A stretch of 64,000 nucleotides of DNA from Perna viridis (GCA_037379345.1 CM074513.1:15376001-15440000); one strand, 5' to 3'; counted from the first letter of the stretch, positions 14,000-45,100 are shown. Notes: generated by a model not told the origin, from the sequence alone. Program-made: numbers and translations.

Positions 14000-14856
14000 T
14001 TACCATGATAATTAGACTACAGATGGACTTCATCATGCTGAATATGTGAACCTGATGTCAGAGTTTGGCTAAACCTACGGTTTAGGACATATATGCGAAA
14101 AACTTGTCTGACCCTAATAATCTATTTTTTAAGTCACAGCGGCCATGTTTTTTTGACGGATCAAAAATACTCCCATTAGTTCCATGCAAAATACTCTAAG
14201 AAACATTCATACCAAATTTGGTTCAAATTGCTCATGTAATGTGAAAGGAGAAGAATTTTTGAAAGAAACAAGAGACTCCCAGGAGCCTTAATCGCTCACC
14301 TTGTTCAAGTTTGTCTTTCAAGGGCAATAAATTTAACAAGTTGTCCAACAATTTTGACTCAAGAAAACTGGTAGGACTATCATAATGATGATTTCAGTGA
14401 TTGAAAGTTTCTATCATAATTTTCAAGATATTGACTGACAACTGTAAAAAAACGTCATTTTTCATCTTTCAAGGCCTTATGATAAGGATAATTTCAGCAA
14501 TTGAAATAATTATGCTAAACCTAACAGTTTTGGAGATATATGCGAAAAACTACTGTCTGATCGCATTGTTCTATTCTTAGTAATGGTGGCCATGTTTTTC
14601 AACAAATCATACATCCCCACATCAGTTCTATGTAGGATGCCCAAAGGAACATTCATACCAAATTTGGTTCCAATTGGTCAAGTAGTGTCAGAGGCAAAGA
14701 TTTTTGAAAAAAATAACATTAATAATAGCAAAAAAATGTTGAAAAGGGCAATAACTCCAACATGGCTGAACAGATTAATATGAAAATTTGGTAACGAGAA
14801 CAGACGCCAAGTAATCGCAGTAGTTCACATGACCTATGCCCAGGTGAGCTAAAAAA
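14000..14856. repeat. Composite bivalve interspersed repeat with an internal duplication
   Basis: Two similar units (about 14070-14260 and 14515-14710: GCGAAAAACT..TCTGA, GGCCATGTTTT, AACATTCATACCAAATTTGGTTC); ends CCAGGTGAGCTAAAAA. Confidence 0.6.
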
Positions 14857-17104
14857 GGTAAAAAGTTTATTTATGACTGGAAAATCTGAAATAGGTCTTC
14901 TTGTATAATGAATAAACCACAGCCTACTGGGGCATGGATAGTTCCAACCACCACATTTGTCTGAATTCATTATTTGTTTGGTTCATCTCAAGTTTCTAAT
15001 GAAAGTTAAACTTCTAATACAGAATGTAAATCTTTCCAATTCACAAACACCGACAGAAACAAAAACAAAAAACACAATAGATCCCTAAATCATAAACCTT
15101 GAATTCTTCAAAAGCACAAGTCTCCCCACGTTCCAAGGTTCAATGGGGTAGAACTCCCACAAAATTGAATGAATCATAAATTTCTAGTAATATGCGCAAC
15201 TAAATATCATATCTAAACTACCCTTGAAGTTTTATGAAATTTGTTGCAACAATTTCCGTGGATTTGCCCTCATTATAGTGTGACTGACAAATAGACAGAT
15301 AGGAGGAAAAAACTGCAAGTCCACCCACCTAAGTTGGAAAGGGGAGGGCAAATAATTTACAAACAAAAGTTTTTCAATCTGTACTGAATTATGACCTTTA
15401 AACTCGTATCCTTTCCATGCTTCAGGAGTTATGTTACAGACATTTTTTCATTCTTAATATAATACATGTATTAAGAGTTAATTCAGAAATCTGTGTTGTT
15501 TCTAAGGAAATAATAACATCTATACAGTAAAATTTAGCAGACCACCAATCTAATTGAGCTCTTCATAAGAATGAAAGACAAGATATTTGCAAGTGTGTTT
15601 ATTCTTACACAAATTCTACAAGGATATATATTTTTCCGAAATAAGTGAATTTTTAATATAGAGTGTAAAAACAACAAAATTTCATTAATTTCAATTCTCC
15701 TAACATGCATTAACACAATTTACTCCCAGTACATGCTTTGGCATTTCTATAAACTTCACACTCTACTGAAATCTATTTCAATCAGTTGGTTAATTACATG
15801 TCTTCTTTTCTAACTGGTTCTTTCAAAATATTATGAAGTCATTTCATTCTTATACCCTTTCTTTGCTTCTGATATATATTTATCTAGGCACAGCACTATT
15901 ATATCTTTGGTCATAGAATATTACACAATGTTAAGTTAAACAAACTAAAAAATAACTTATTCCACATCACAATGTCAAATTCAGATAACAACTAAAGAAG
16001 TTGGCAAACGTCTAAGATGTAACACACAAAATACACACATAATTTTCAAAATAACAAAAAATCATTGAAAATAGGAATTTAGTTTAAAGGAGTTCAAAGC
16101 GTTTAATTCCTCCAGGACTCAAAGCTTCATCTATCCATTCCTTGTACCCAGATATCTTTTTACAGTGAATCAAATCTGCTTCTTAAAAATTCAACTCGCA
16201 ATTACCAAACCAGCAAACTGCTAACAATTTGATTTCATACTATTAGTTGAATTTGGTCTCTCTTTACATCCCATACAATGATGATGTCCAGGGGATAGAG
16301 TTGGGTCTTCCACTGGTCAAATAGTATTCACATATAGAACTTCTTTAGGTAGCTGACTAGACACTTGAGAAGGAGACTGGAACTTCTAGACGACATTTCA
16401 ATAGATATTGATAGAAACAATTTAGAAGCAACTACCTAACGATAAGTAGTTAATCAGGTGACTGCCACCTATCCCCTGAGCAACATAATTGTATGAGTTA
16501 TAAATATCCATTTTTTTTTTTTACCTTTAAGGAGGATAGAGGAACAACAATGTGAAACGCCAAATACAGTTGCATGCACAATACAAAAAATACTGTAAAC
16601 CCAAGCATGAACAAAAATATATAATTATATTATTAGCAGTACATAAAAAAAAAAAAACAATAACTAAGACTATAAACTATCTGATTAGAATATACATCTG
16701 ATCTGGTAGGCAAAAATGTTTCCAGAAAAGGGAAAAAAAATAATAATCACAGTTAACAAAAATGATTGTTTTTTTTTTAAACAAGAATTAATCGATCATT
16801 ATCAAGTTCCACATTCCACTGATTTTATTTCCGCAGTGTCCGTCTCTACTTCCAGTCGAAAACTTCCCGAGCACCACCTGGTGAACAAACATGGATGGCA
16901 GCTAATGTGCTACGGTTTGGTTGAGGCTTCGTTGCACATTTTTTATTTTTACTCAGCGAGAGCAGGCTGGTTGCGTTTGTTGTCAGGTAGGCCCCCATGA
17001 TTTACAGACACTACTCCTCCTTCACCACGTCATTTTGTTGTGAATTTAGTCCATTATGTTTAGCTCCAGTGTGTACACTGCCACTGTTCGACAGTCCTTT
17101 TCAC

Positions 17105-33096
<15,992 letters not shown>

Positions 33097-33100
<4 letters not shown>

Positions 33101-33212
33101 GTTTTCATTTCGACTATCTCTGATTCAGTTGACGTAGTTTTGTTGTTGTTATTTCCTTCGCATGTCCGCCGAGTTAAACTGCTTCTCTGAATGTGTTTCC
33201 TCCTCAACTCAT
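33097..33212 (-). promoter_or_regulatory. Three micro-uORFs upstream of the UPF1 start codon
   Basis: MS* at 33212-33204, MRRK* at 33163-33149, MKT* at 33108-33097 (its TGA overlaps the main ATG as ATGA). The transcription start is unknown. Confidence 0.5.
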
Positions 33213-33713
33213 GCCAATTGTGTCCAAGGCCGTTGACGTCAGGATCACAGCAAATAATGATGACGAGAGCTGCGAATAAAAGAGAGAACACACGAAATTG
33301 CACGATTAAACTCCCGGGGTTTCGACACCCGCATTTTGTTTGTTGTTGTTATTTTTATATTATAATGATATGTTTAGATATTAGATAAATAATGAAATTT
33401 AATCCATTTTAGTTTTAAAATAAACGTTAAATGATTATGAGGCTGGAATCGATATCGCGAACTTGAAACTATGTGAGCACTTTAGTATATCCAAAACGAC
33501 CATCATAAATGGGTTGCCGAGTAAAATAATTCTATATCATACTTACCTATTTTATTTTAAAAATGTACTACATAGTTTTATTGCTGTTTAATTTCCATAT
33601 ATAGTTTACATGGATTAAAGCTATACATGAAAGGCATTGATGAATTGAAGCTATATAAAAAATATTACTTTCAGGTATATACCTGATATTTTCTTTGGCA
33701 TGCACCGATTAGT

Positions 33714-34228
33714 ATAGGAGAGTTCGCAAATCTCATTAGTGATGTCATATTCACTAATTTGCATATCATTAAGTGTCAAATACAACTAAATAAACAATTA
33801 ACAATTTCATGATTAGAATCCCAATTTTCAAAACTTTATAGCTTTGTTATTTTACATCCAATTTTGGTTCATTTGGTTCAAAATGTTTCATTTACATAAA
33901 AGAATTCATATTTTATATGTGAGTTTATGACTGTTTTACTTGAAGAATAAATTTGAAACGATATTTATATGTAAACCTCTTTTTTCATATAATATTGTCT
34001 TTAAAATTTTATGCTCATATAGTCTAGTTACTGAATATTTCTTCAAGAATTTTATGGATAAAAAGAGTTTTATTGGCAGTTTAGGGAACCAAAAGAATTT
34101 TTCAATTATCTTAAAAAAACGAAAAAGTTATGATGATTTAAAGTTGATGCCCAATGCCACTCAATGGATTTTTTGCCAACCAAAACCAAATCACAGGTAA
34201 GTGATGACATCACGAAGAACTCTCCTAT
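33714..34228. mobile_element. MITE with TIRs ATAGGAGAGTTC...GAACTCTCCTAT
   Basis: Perfect 12-bp TIR, subterminal GTGATGTCA/TGACATCAC, TA/TATA flanks. Confidence 0.75.
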
Positions 34229-34985
34229 ATGCAGCATACACTTTTTATGTTCTAAATTAACTCCACAGCAATTTGTTTCTTAAAAATTTTATGTAACATT
34301 CATTTTCCCTCCCTAGTGATAAGCCAAATAATTATTTGGCTTATTATCTAAAAACAAGCTTTTATAAAAAAATCCACATTTCTCCCCCGGAAAATTAAAT
34401 GGTTGCAGTCTTTATATTTATATGCCCAAACATTGCATGCAACTTTGAGTAAAAAGACTCGAGTGAATCATTTATAGAGGGTATTGAGAACCTACGCGTA
34501 CACCACATTCTTATGTTAACCACGAAAATTACTAAAAAAAATTAATAGAAATTGATAAAAAAAATATCATGAAACTTCTTTATCTGCTGTATTTTATTGC
34601 ATATTTATTTTGGCCCCCTTTTACGAATCCTTGGATTTACAACTGGTACTTAGCTGTGGTTTCAGAGTAGCGTAATTATCCCTGAAAAATTGCCAATCAG
34701 AGATTCAGATGCCCCTTGGTGAATAAAGTGAAACCATAACTGAATCGGCCGTGGAAGCTCTTTGATTAAACCATTCCTGTCAAGCTTTGTGAAATCAGTC
34801 AATGCAAGGAGTGCTCAAATGTTCTTGAGCAAAATTGGAAAAACGCAAAGTGGTGGCATAAGTTTACATGAATCTCTGACCTTTACTTTGTGTTAAAACG
34901 TTGGCAAATCAGGCCAGTTACCCTATTGTTTTGGAATTAACATTTGCTATTATTTAAATGATGTCACACATATACAATATAGATG

Positions 34986-35098
34986 CATCGTCGAAAATTA
35001 TTGAAGATATGTGACGAGGCGACAGAACGGGTAGGAAATGCGAGCTTTTTCTCTGGTTCCAAGCCAAATACACTTACCTTCAATAATTTCCGACAATG
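34986..35098. repeat. Short inverted repeat / hairpin
   Basis: CATCGTCGAAAATTATTGAAG pairs with CTTCAATAATTTCCGACAATG. Confidence 0.65.
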
Positions 35099-35599
35099 TA
35101 CCTATACTTTTTTATCCTGTTATATTAATATGGAACACTTAAAAAAATTAAATTTAATAATGCATTTCCCCTGAGGAGCTCCGGTCGTTAAACTGAAGAA
35201 AAATTATTGCAGGATCAAACTATATGTACATTGTACTTAATTATGTAGTATTAACCAGACATCAGTTTCGTGGAGTATTCTTAAAAGGCAGTCTGTACAA
35301 ATGTAGTATATTAGTTTGTAAAAAAATGCGGTATCCTTTACTGTTCAGCTACGTGCATGAAATTAATGATATATTTGCAGAATTTATAGAACTTTTGTTT
35401 AAAAATATATATAATAGCTAGGAGCTAAAATCTTCCAATTTCTGTTTAAATTAGACAGCTAGTATTTTTCATTTGGTGCTCTTTCACTGCTTTCAGTGCT
35501 TATTTAACTTATAATTTAAACTGAGGTATTTTTTAAACCTTGCTAAGATTTTCTGGAAACTCTCAATTCAAGATTATTATCAGAATACAATTGCATTTA

Positions 35600-36670
35600 A
35601 ACAAATAATTTTTCAACTCTTTATACTTCTATTCCCAATACTAATGTGAAATCCTAACATAAATGTTACTCCAAAAAAGACGGTACACCTAGAAGCAGAT
35701 ATGTAGTACTTGATAGATATTCTTCATACTTTGTAAATAACGATTCCAAATCATCTCCCAAATATACTGAAGAAGATGGAATTTTGTTATCGACAACATA
35801 TTTGTCCAGTGTGGTGGACTCGTTTTCAACAGACGGTCGGCATTCCAATGGGAACAAATTGTGCTCCTGTACTCGCTGACCTATCCCTTCACTCTTATGG
35901 GGCTGATTTTATAGCTGATCGTATCCAAAAGAAGAAACATCGTTTAGTCAAATCCCTTGATCTCAGTTTCCGCTATATAGATGACGTATATTACCGTTGT
36001 ACAATCCTAGATTCGGGGATTTTATACATCGCATCTATCCCAAAGAACTTGAGATAAAGGATACTACAGACACTGTGAAGTCAGCCTCATATCTTGACCT
36101 ATACTTAGATATCGATGGTAAAGGAAAACTATTAACCAAACTATACGGCAAACGCGGTGACTTTAATTTTCATTCCGTATTTTCTCTTTCATTTGTACCA
36201 CCATGCCTTCAGCAACTGCGTATGAAATGTTCATATTACAACTCATACGTTATGCCAGAGCTTGACGTATCTACTCAGACTTTTTGTATCGCGCTAGACT
36301 TCTTACAATTAGGCTTCTGGAACAGGATTATGTTACTACCAGATTGAAATCATAACTACAGATCGTTACGGTCTATATCAATCTGCACCATGAGAACCGA
36401 TTTGTTCAACGTATCACAGTTTCCCTTTCCTCTCTCGTCGGTGGGTGTTTCTAGAAAGGCAGAGGACGCCTTTAACCAACCGATGCACCTGCTTTATTCT
36501 TCTAGTTTTTAGTGGAGTCCGAGTAGCTCATTTACTTTTGTTGCTTTGTACGTATCATTTAGGTTATTTAATGTTCTTTGTTGTATGTGTCCATTATTCA
36601 GGTCTTTCCCTAGATTACATTCTTTTGATTTCCGCTAGAATCTTGGCTCCTTTGATTACTTTTTTATGCG
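35600..36670 (+). mobile_element. Decayed Penelope-like retroelement (RT fragment plus 3' tail)
   Basis: Frameshifted RT motifs STLYTSIP, IDNIFV, QQTVGIPMGTNCAP, FRYIDD, IYPKELEIKDTT, SASYLDL, KLYGKRGDFNF; internal deletions; followed by a noncoding tail to about 36670. Confidence 0.85.
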
Positions 36671-39161
36671 TATGTTATATGTTTAAACATTCGTCAACTA
36701 TCAGTTTCAAAAGCTCTATCAATCCTATGTTTATTGTGTTCGTAATGTACCGAATTAAATGAATTTTACTGGACTTGGCTTGTCTTGATTCTCTTAAGAC
36801 TGTAGTAAAAATTGCCTTGCAGGTTCTTTTTTAAAAGATATATCTTTTATTAACTGTAGTTTAATGTAGTCCAAACGCTTTAACCTTGCAACTGTCTTCA
36901 CTTCCAATATGTTCAGTTGTAGTACTTTTTGAATGTAAATGTATGTATTAAATGTCGTGTGATAAAAATATCTGCCCTTTACTCAAAAGGACGAACACAG
37001 ACAATGGTGACGTAAAGCACAACACAGTTTATCCACATGAGCTGATCTCAACTTCTTGTCAAAGTAAACGGAGTATGTCTATTTTAAAACCAGTCATGTG
37101 TGTAAAGCTATGATCTAATGTAAATAAGAATCATTTACGTTCGTATCTAAATTAAAGGTTTTCACATTTCATCATTAATTTACAGCTGTCAGTTATTCAT
37201 AAACTTGCAAATCAAACTTTTATAAATCTGTGCAAGTAAAGACTAAAGTGTTCAATATAAATATTAAAACACTCCCGGACATACTACTTAATGTCTGATT
37301 AGGTTTCTAATTATAATTTATTTTCATGAAATTTGTTTCTAGAGTGTATATTAAACATGCCTATGGACCACCCTATAATTTACATTGTTTATATTTAACA
37401 GGAGAGGGTCTATAATTTACTGAATTAGGGTTAAACCCCATTCGAGGATTTATAGTAGTAATGTTTTAATCATTATGGAATTAGGTAGTAAGGAAAAGTA
37501 ATATTTTAGTTTATATTGAGAATATCTATTGTATTTAAAGTAAGATTCTGTACACTTAATATATAAAAAGTTGCAGACCATGAAATAAAATGTGTATTGC
37601 ATTTCATTTGAGTCTGTAACTTTTGAATTAATGAAAACAATACTGTACTTCCTTTGCCAAAGCTTCTCAAGAGTACACTAATATTCCCACTTTTTAACAA
37701 TATTTCATACGAAGAGCTTTTTTATTTTTGTAATGGATGTAAAAAACAACCACATTCATGTAGGATACATATATGTAGTACATTTCATTTACAGGACTTG
37801 TTCTAAACCTGATAAATATAATGATTAGACATGTATGATGATTGGGGTTTTTACAGTCATGACTATCCTTATGGATGATCACCCTTTACGGGGATTCTGT
37901 TAGTAGATTTCTGTTAGTAGTTGGAGGTAGCCCTGCTAGCAGCTGGGCTGCTGGGTTGACGCTCTGGCCTACTCCAAGACCCCACATGGGTTTGAGATAA
38001 TTTCCCCTCTCTTAATGTTTGGAAATTGGAAGTACGTCATTGGAGTGATTAGACATGTACACGACTAGGAGACATTTAAAGAAACACAAAAAGACACCTA
38101 GCACTGTTTAGATATAGATACATTAATGAATTGCCTTAATATGCTCCAGTACTACATGCATTGATCAGAAATAAATATTTATAAATAAATATTTCCCAGT
38201 GGTTCCTCCTGAGATTCTATTTTTAGCACTATTTCAATTGTGCTATTGGGATCAAGGCCGAGTTAATGACAAAATTATGTCATTATTTCACAGTTATATT
38301 TAGAATTGGTCTAATGTTATGACATTTTTTTCCCAACAATTGGACCACCCCCCTTCCCCACTGATAGTGATGCCTCGATAAACAGGTACAAATATAGTTT
38401 ATTGGATAGGAAAGTAAGTGTAGTCAAAGTGTTATGTAATTTCAGTGACTGTATATCATCAATAAATATTATATTGCATTTTGGTAGCATGACAAAGATT
38501 GACAACTCCCCAAGGTAATATATAATTATTTTGATTTAAAGCGCACCAACACTAAAGCAAAGGCATAATTAAACATGTGATCTGTGAATCCCTATTGAAT
38601 CATTTTGATTTTTTTATGCCTTTTCTTGGTTATTGCTTTAAATTTTCCTAATGTGTTTTCTTTTATTTTTTTGCCTAATTAATGGTCCTCATTAAGTTCA
38701 TATATGTACATGTGCATATGTATCTTTACCCCTAATATTTTTTCACAGATGTGGTTATCAAGTCGTGTATCTAATAAAATGGTCTGACCAATTGGACTTA
38801 ATTCCCCACCATTGTCAGGGCACTTAAAAGCCTATGCAGAATTTTTTAGAGTTGTTATGTGTACAAATATGTGTGCATGTAAATACAAGTGCATTTAATC
38901 TATTCATATACAATATTTAATTTACTTTAACCCAACAACTTATATTTGTACAGTCCAGTAACTATAGTGGATCAGTAATTGATTGATGAATTCACTCTTC
39001 AACCAGTTGATGAAGACTGAAAAGAAAACAAAGCTGAAGGAATGCAATAATCAACTGGTTGCAAAGGATAATTCTATATACCTTCTATTAAATAAAATTA
39101 ATATAAAATTACTATCGCTATAACTATGATAAAGATCCACTGGTCTTTCTTTGCAGATTAT

Positions 39162-42100
39162 ATGGCATGTAGTGTTCCAGGATTTTTTCAGTCATCAAGA
39201 AAGCAGTCAATCCTCCAAAAGCTTCTAAAGTGGATATGCATACTAAACACAAATTGGCTATGTGAGACAGATAAATATCTTGCATGTAGCTCCACTGGAA
39301 ACATGTATCGGAAATATCTTCCAACTACAAACCAAAACTATGTACCAGTCTATGATTTGTCCCAACAGTATCAGCAACTACATGTGCCTCAGCAATATCA
39401 ACAACTACACAATTTATATGCCAACATGCCATATGCAAATCACAATATCCTGGCACCTGTCAATTACAACTTCAGGCCACGCCCACCTTTTGCAGGTGGG
39501 AGGAGACATAAACAGTTTCAACAGTTTTCAAATTTTCACTATGTGAATATGCAACAGCCTTCATATCATCAACAGGCTCAGGTAGAAATTGTTGACAATG
39601 AAGACCACATGTCATTTGCAACACCTAGAAAGTACGTGTTCATTGTAAACAACGGTTTGTTTAAAATTGAGATGTCATCTCTTCATAACTCACTGTAAAC
39701 TGTTGTTATAATCCTTAGGGAATTCTGCTAGAAATTTTCCTACAATGTATTTCTCATTGTCTTGTTGCAATCAGTTTTCATACTTGTCATGTAACGTCCA
39801 TTTGAAATATGCATATGGCAGTGACACTTGCTACACTGATAAGACTTGAACTTTCTGACATGGACAATTGGTCAGTTTCAATTTCTGACATTTTTTAATG
39901 GTTTTTTATTAGTAAGTATGCTTTCCTTAGAGTAATCATCAGTAATCATTTCTTCAGTGCTCAGAGAAGTGAAATATGAGAAAACTGATTAATTCCACAC
40001 TCAACAAATCCAACAAAAATTCAAGTTATCTACAAGGGAATTGTTTTGAACATTATGGAAAAACTTTACCTGTATACCAAAATTCCACCATTCGCTGGAG
40101 ACAGATATTGCGAATATTAGAACATTATATTTATATAATGCATGTGTAGCTTGAATTTTAAGATTGCACGCGTTCAAATCGGCTTGTAGAATGGTACAGT
40201 AAATGCTGGTCAGGCAGACAGGCAGTGGATGGTGTACAGGGAAAATATTTCCGTAACATTTTTCTCAGCCACTATAAATCACACCTATTAGATATTTGGT
40301 ACACAACTTCAGTATGAGGTCTGATATTGTTAGATACAATTTCAGGTCTGTCACACTTCTACTTCCTGTTTTTTCTTACTTTAAGGCAACATGGCCAAAT
40401 CTGTTTTTTTTTGTTTTTTTGTTTTTTTTTTGTAAGTATTTACTATTTTCAATAAAGGTTATATTTTGGTGCATTTGTTGCATTTTAGCATTGTTCCTTA
40501 TTTCTATATTTTTTAGACCTATTTTTGTTAAATGTTTAACTAATATTTCAGGAGGAAGGCTGATGATAATGATGATGCCAGTAAACCGAAGAGAGTCAGA
40601 GAAGATTATGTACTGAAAATACCTCCCACACCAAAGACTTCCTCAAATTCTGAGGTAAATGTAATGTACAGAATATGAATAGGAATCAAATATGAATGTT
40701 GTATATTAAATTTGGGGCATTTACACTGCACTACATAGCTCCAAGATGTACACTTTTGGGTTTTGAACATGGAATTTTAATGGTTCAAGTATTTTACACA
40801 TGTACATTGTATATCAAAGTTTTCATTTAAAATGCTTTTTGACTACTAAAATACTTTTACAAAATGTATGTATAACGGAATTTAATCACACAATTATGTT
40901 ATTAATACTGTTAATTAAAAAATGAATGCATGTATTTACTGATGTTAAAACTTTTTACGAAAAAAAAAAATTTGACTTTTGTGAAATTCACTAATTGAGA
41001 AAAAGCCTGCTTAATTTATGCAAGTTTTAAGTTCTGTGTGAAGTGCAACCTGCTGAAATCACACCATGAATAATCTGAAAACCTGTCTAAACCAGATATC
41101 TTTCAAAGTCCCTTTATATCATTTTAAATGTATTTTGAAACTTGGTAAACCATACACCTGTCTAAACTGGACCCATTTTAAAGACCAAAAGGGTTTGGTT
41201 AAGACAGGTTTCACTGTGTTGAAGAAAAAATTTGTATTCTAAAATTACTGGCAAAGTTTGGCAATTTTACTGATTTAGGAAAGTTTTGTTTTTTGTTTGA
41301 ACATGTGACAACTTTTAACTTAGAACTTTTTTTAACAGATAAGCCAAGCCATGATAGAGTATTTCATAAAATATCATCAGACAGAAGACATGTACCTGAA
41401 AAAAGTCAAGTTACGGGATGCACTGTATGAAATTTTGAATGGGGTTTTGACTCGTAAGTTGTAATATGGGTTGAAGCTGTTTTTACATTTTCATAATATC
41501 TGTCTTGCTGTTCTTCATGTACGATAGAAGATTGATGAAATGCTGTAAAACTTGAAACAGAAATTACTGGTTTGGTAGGGCAAACTTGAAACAAATTAAA
41601 AAAAATGTTGAACTTAAATACTACAATCATAGAGAATGAAGTTCTCAAAATGGTCATCAATATAAATTTAATCTTTGACCCTAGAAGCACTGAGAGTCTG
41701 ATTTCAGTCTGACAGGAAGTTAACTTGTAAAACCAAGGGTAATACAAAGCAACATTTTTCTTTCTGACAGTCAGTAGTTTGGCTTTTTAACCTTTGACCT
41801 CAAAGATGCCCTTCTATGGAAACAGGTCACCTAATCAAAATTCTGTTTTCAGAGGAAATTGAGGAAGGGGACAGAAGCATACCAAAATGATGTTCTTTCA
41901 TGTATGACAATTTAATCCCTGCATTTACTGAATATCTTAATAGCACTGCAATTTAATTAGAAATTAAAGTAAAAAGTACTGAATGATGGGTGTAAAATTT
42001 GGCGATTTTGAGTTAAAAAGGTACATGAAAAATTTTGGTAATTTTAATTTTGACAGATGCTATGTGGTTCACTAAATACTTAATACCAGAGTAAATATAA

Positions 42101-45100
42101 TGAGGAATATTTTTAGACAAAGTGTTTAAATACACCAAAATTAGTATCCAACAAACATTACCTGCTATACAGTTAAATCTCTCTGCTTGTTGAAGTTCTT
42201 ACTTCTATTTGAGGTTAGGGATTATTATGAGCATGTAATATTCATATACAGACTTGTCACAAGGTTGTTCATATAATCTTGAATAAGTTTCTTTCCTTTC
42301 TTTACAGAAAGTGGTCTGTATATTGTTGGTTCATCAATGAGTGGCTGTGGGACGATGACCTCTGATATGGATCTGTGTCTAATGATAACAGACCATCACG
42401 TATGTATAGTAGGGCCCCCCCCCCAGATTTGGGATTTGAATTTATTGGCACATACCGGAGACACGATTGCCTTGGATTTTTAGTGAGGAATTTGGCAATC
42501 TTTTGAATGTGAGGCAAAATTGCTGCTTAAAAGGGTTTTGGTGGCTTGGCATGGTCTTTTGGGTGATGAATTTGATGGTCATTGCAAAATGTTTGAAAAA
42601 TTGCAATTTACAAGGGTTTTGGTTGGTAGCAGAAATAAAGGTCGGTTCAGTTGACAATCATGTCACCACGTTTATTGTTGAATTCGATTTTCAAACAACG
42701 GGTCATTTTATGTCCTACAAAAGAGCTCAAAATTTTCAGGTTGTTGGAGAATGTTTGATTCATTACCAATTTAAAGGAGTTTTCATAACATTTAACATGT
42801 GGAATTTTCATAACATAAACATTTTGTAATGGAAAAGAAGGTTGATTTGATGTGGAATCTTTTTATGAATCATTTAATTCTTTAGAGTTCACTTTTTGCT
42901 CAAAAGAAGAGAATTGTTTGTATGACTTTTTATGCTTTTTTTAATATAGATAGATCAGGCAAAAGAGGCACCAGAGCTGTTGTACATGATACAAAGGGCT
43001 TTCCAGAAGTGTTGTAAGTATAAACATTTGAATTGCGCTTGACCTCATATTTTTCTATTATTAAGGCCATATCAAGTGCATTGTTTGTTTCTAAGACTAT
43101 TTATTTTTAGTATTTTGATTAAAGCTAATAGATACTTCATGCACAATGGTCTTTAAAACAGGCATGATTTTTTTTGGCTTTTTAGTGGAATTCCACTATT
43201 TCAAATCTGGATTTTACTGTTACCATTTCTTTTTTTTACTCTCTATTTACTTCAGAGTTTGCCAATTTCTGCTTTGTTTGTTGACTTCTTAAAATCATCA
43301 GTGTTAAAATATGGAAAAAAAAGAGAGAAACTCATGTAACATATGCATATTCAAATGTGTGTCAGTTCTGAAACTTCCGTCAAGCAATAAAAAATTATGC
43401 TTGTAAGGCTGTGTCTGACATTAAAGGTTGTCTTATTGCCCAAGACAAGTATAATTACCATTCAGACAAGTAAAAGTTAAATTTCACTTGCTTGAAGAAT
43501 AACATAATTTTATGGATTTTTCACTTGCATTAACTAAGACAATCTAGTTTTCAAATTGGACAAATAGATTTTTTTCAAGTTGCCTGATAGGACATGGTTC
43601 ACAAAATGTTAACATCATACACTATATAAAGGCAATTTGAAGTAAACGAGATGAGTTTATACATAATCTTTTAAGAAAGTTAATTTTTTTTAAATATAAA
43701 AAAAATACATTGTCATTGTGATTCTACTTTTCAAACATAAGCATCTCAACAGAAAACCTTTTGACATTTTCATAGAAGAAAACAAGAATTTACTTTACTT
43801 ATGAATGATTTTGGTAGTCATAGAATTTCGATGTCTAAGCATAATTTGAAGCTGCAAATAACATTAGCGACAAAACAAACACTGGCAAATCGGTAGAAAT
43901 AATTCTTTCTATGATAAATTATGAATAGAAGTAATATGCAGAAGTAAGAGCAACATGTATGAATGTAAATTTTTCTTTCAGCATTTTTACACAGTTGCAT
44001 GGTAATTCGAGCCAAAGTGCCAATTCTCAGGTTTACTGATACGATAAGGTTAGTTATGTAGTTGTCTGTAAGAAACATGCAATTTCTGTAAAATATGATA
44101 CACCCCAAAAAAGGCTACACATTTTTATTAATTTTGTTGCTTTATATGGCTATATGATGAAATGCCTAATTATTCATTCCAATATGTCTGCTCTTAGGAG
44201 ATAATCCACATTGAAAAACTGACAGTGTCTATTGTATTTTAGTGTCATTTACAGAGTTATCTCCCTTAATTTTAAATTGTACAGTACATTTTATATAATT
44301 TTTATCTCCTAAGAACAAGGGTTATATGAAAAGCCACATATTAATTTTTGTTTACTATAACATTTCAAACAAAATATCAAAAATAAAAATATATAGGCTT
44401 TCCAACCATGAATCACATTTTGCATGATTCTGATCTGGAGTGCTACTTAAACAGTTGGATTTTAACCACATTTGTTGTTTCTTTTGAACGCTATTTAAGG
44501 GGAAAAAACTCTTGTTTCATTTTGATTTTGTCAGTATAGTCATAAAGGATATATTTGAGAGTAATTTATCCTTATCCTAACAATGATATCAGTTAGACTT
44601 GTTTTCATGGAAAAAATGATGAAATATTACTTTTTAATATCTTATTTATTGATGTTTTTAAAAGTGCAAATTATCATCAGTGAATATGATTTTGTAAGAC
44701 TTTTTCTCTATTTTTTTTTATGGATTTTCACACTTCCTGACCAAATGAAGCTTATGATTTCATTTTGAAAAATTAAAAGAAACAGAAAAATAAAAGTTCA
44801 TAGTTTTAATATCTCTGCAAGCCTCGATATTAAAACTATGAAAGTTTATTCCTCTTGATCTGAGAAAATAATCAACTTGCTATCATTTTAGATTCTATAT
44901 GTAGCTTTAAAGAAAAAAAAAGTCTTACTTTAATTTACCAACTTTCAGATATCACATTTTGTTCCTTAACCTAAAAAATTAATATTCCAGCAAAGTTGAA
45001 TGTGATTTGAACATTAATAACAGAGTTGGAATCAGGAACACACATTTAATAAAGTACTACTGCATGTGTAAGTATATGATATAAGATAGATGTAATCTGT

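Noticed and set aside
35600-36670. Active retroelement or an associated hammerhead ribozyme
   Set aside because: The RT is frameshifted and internally deleted, and I found no CTGANGA...GAAA core with supporting stems.
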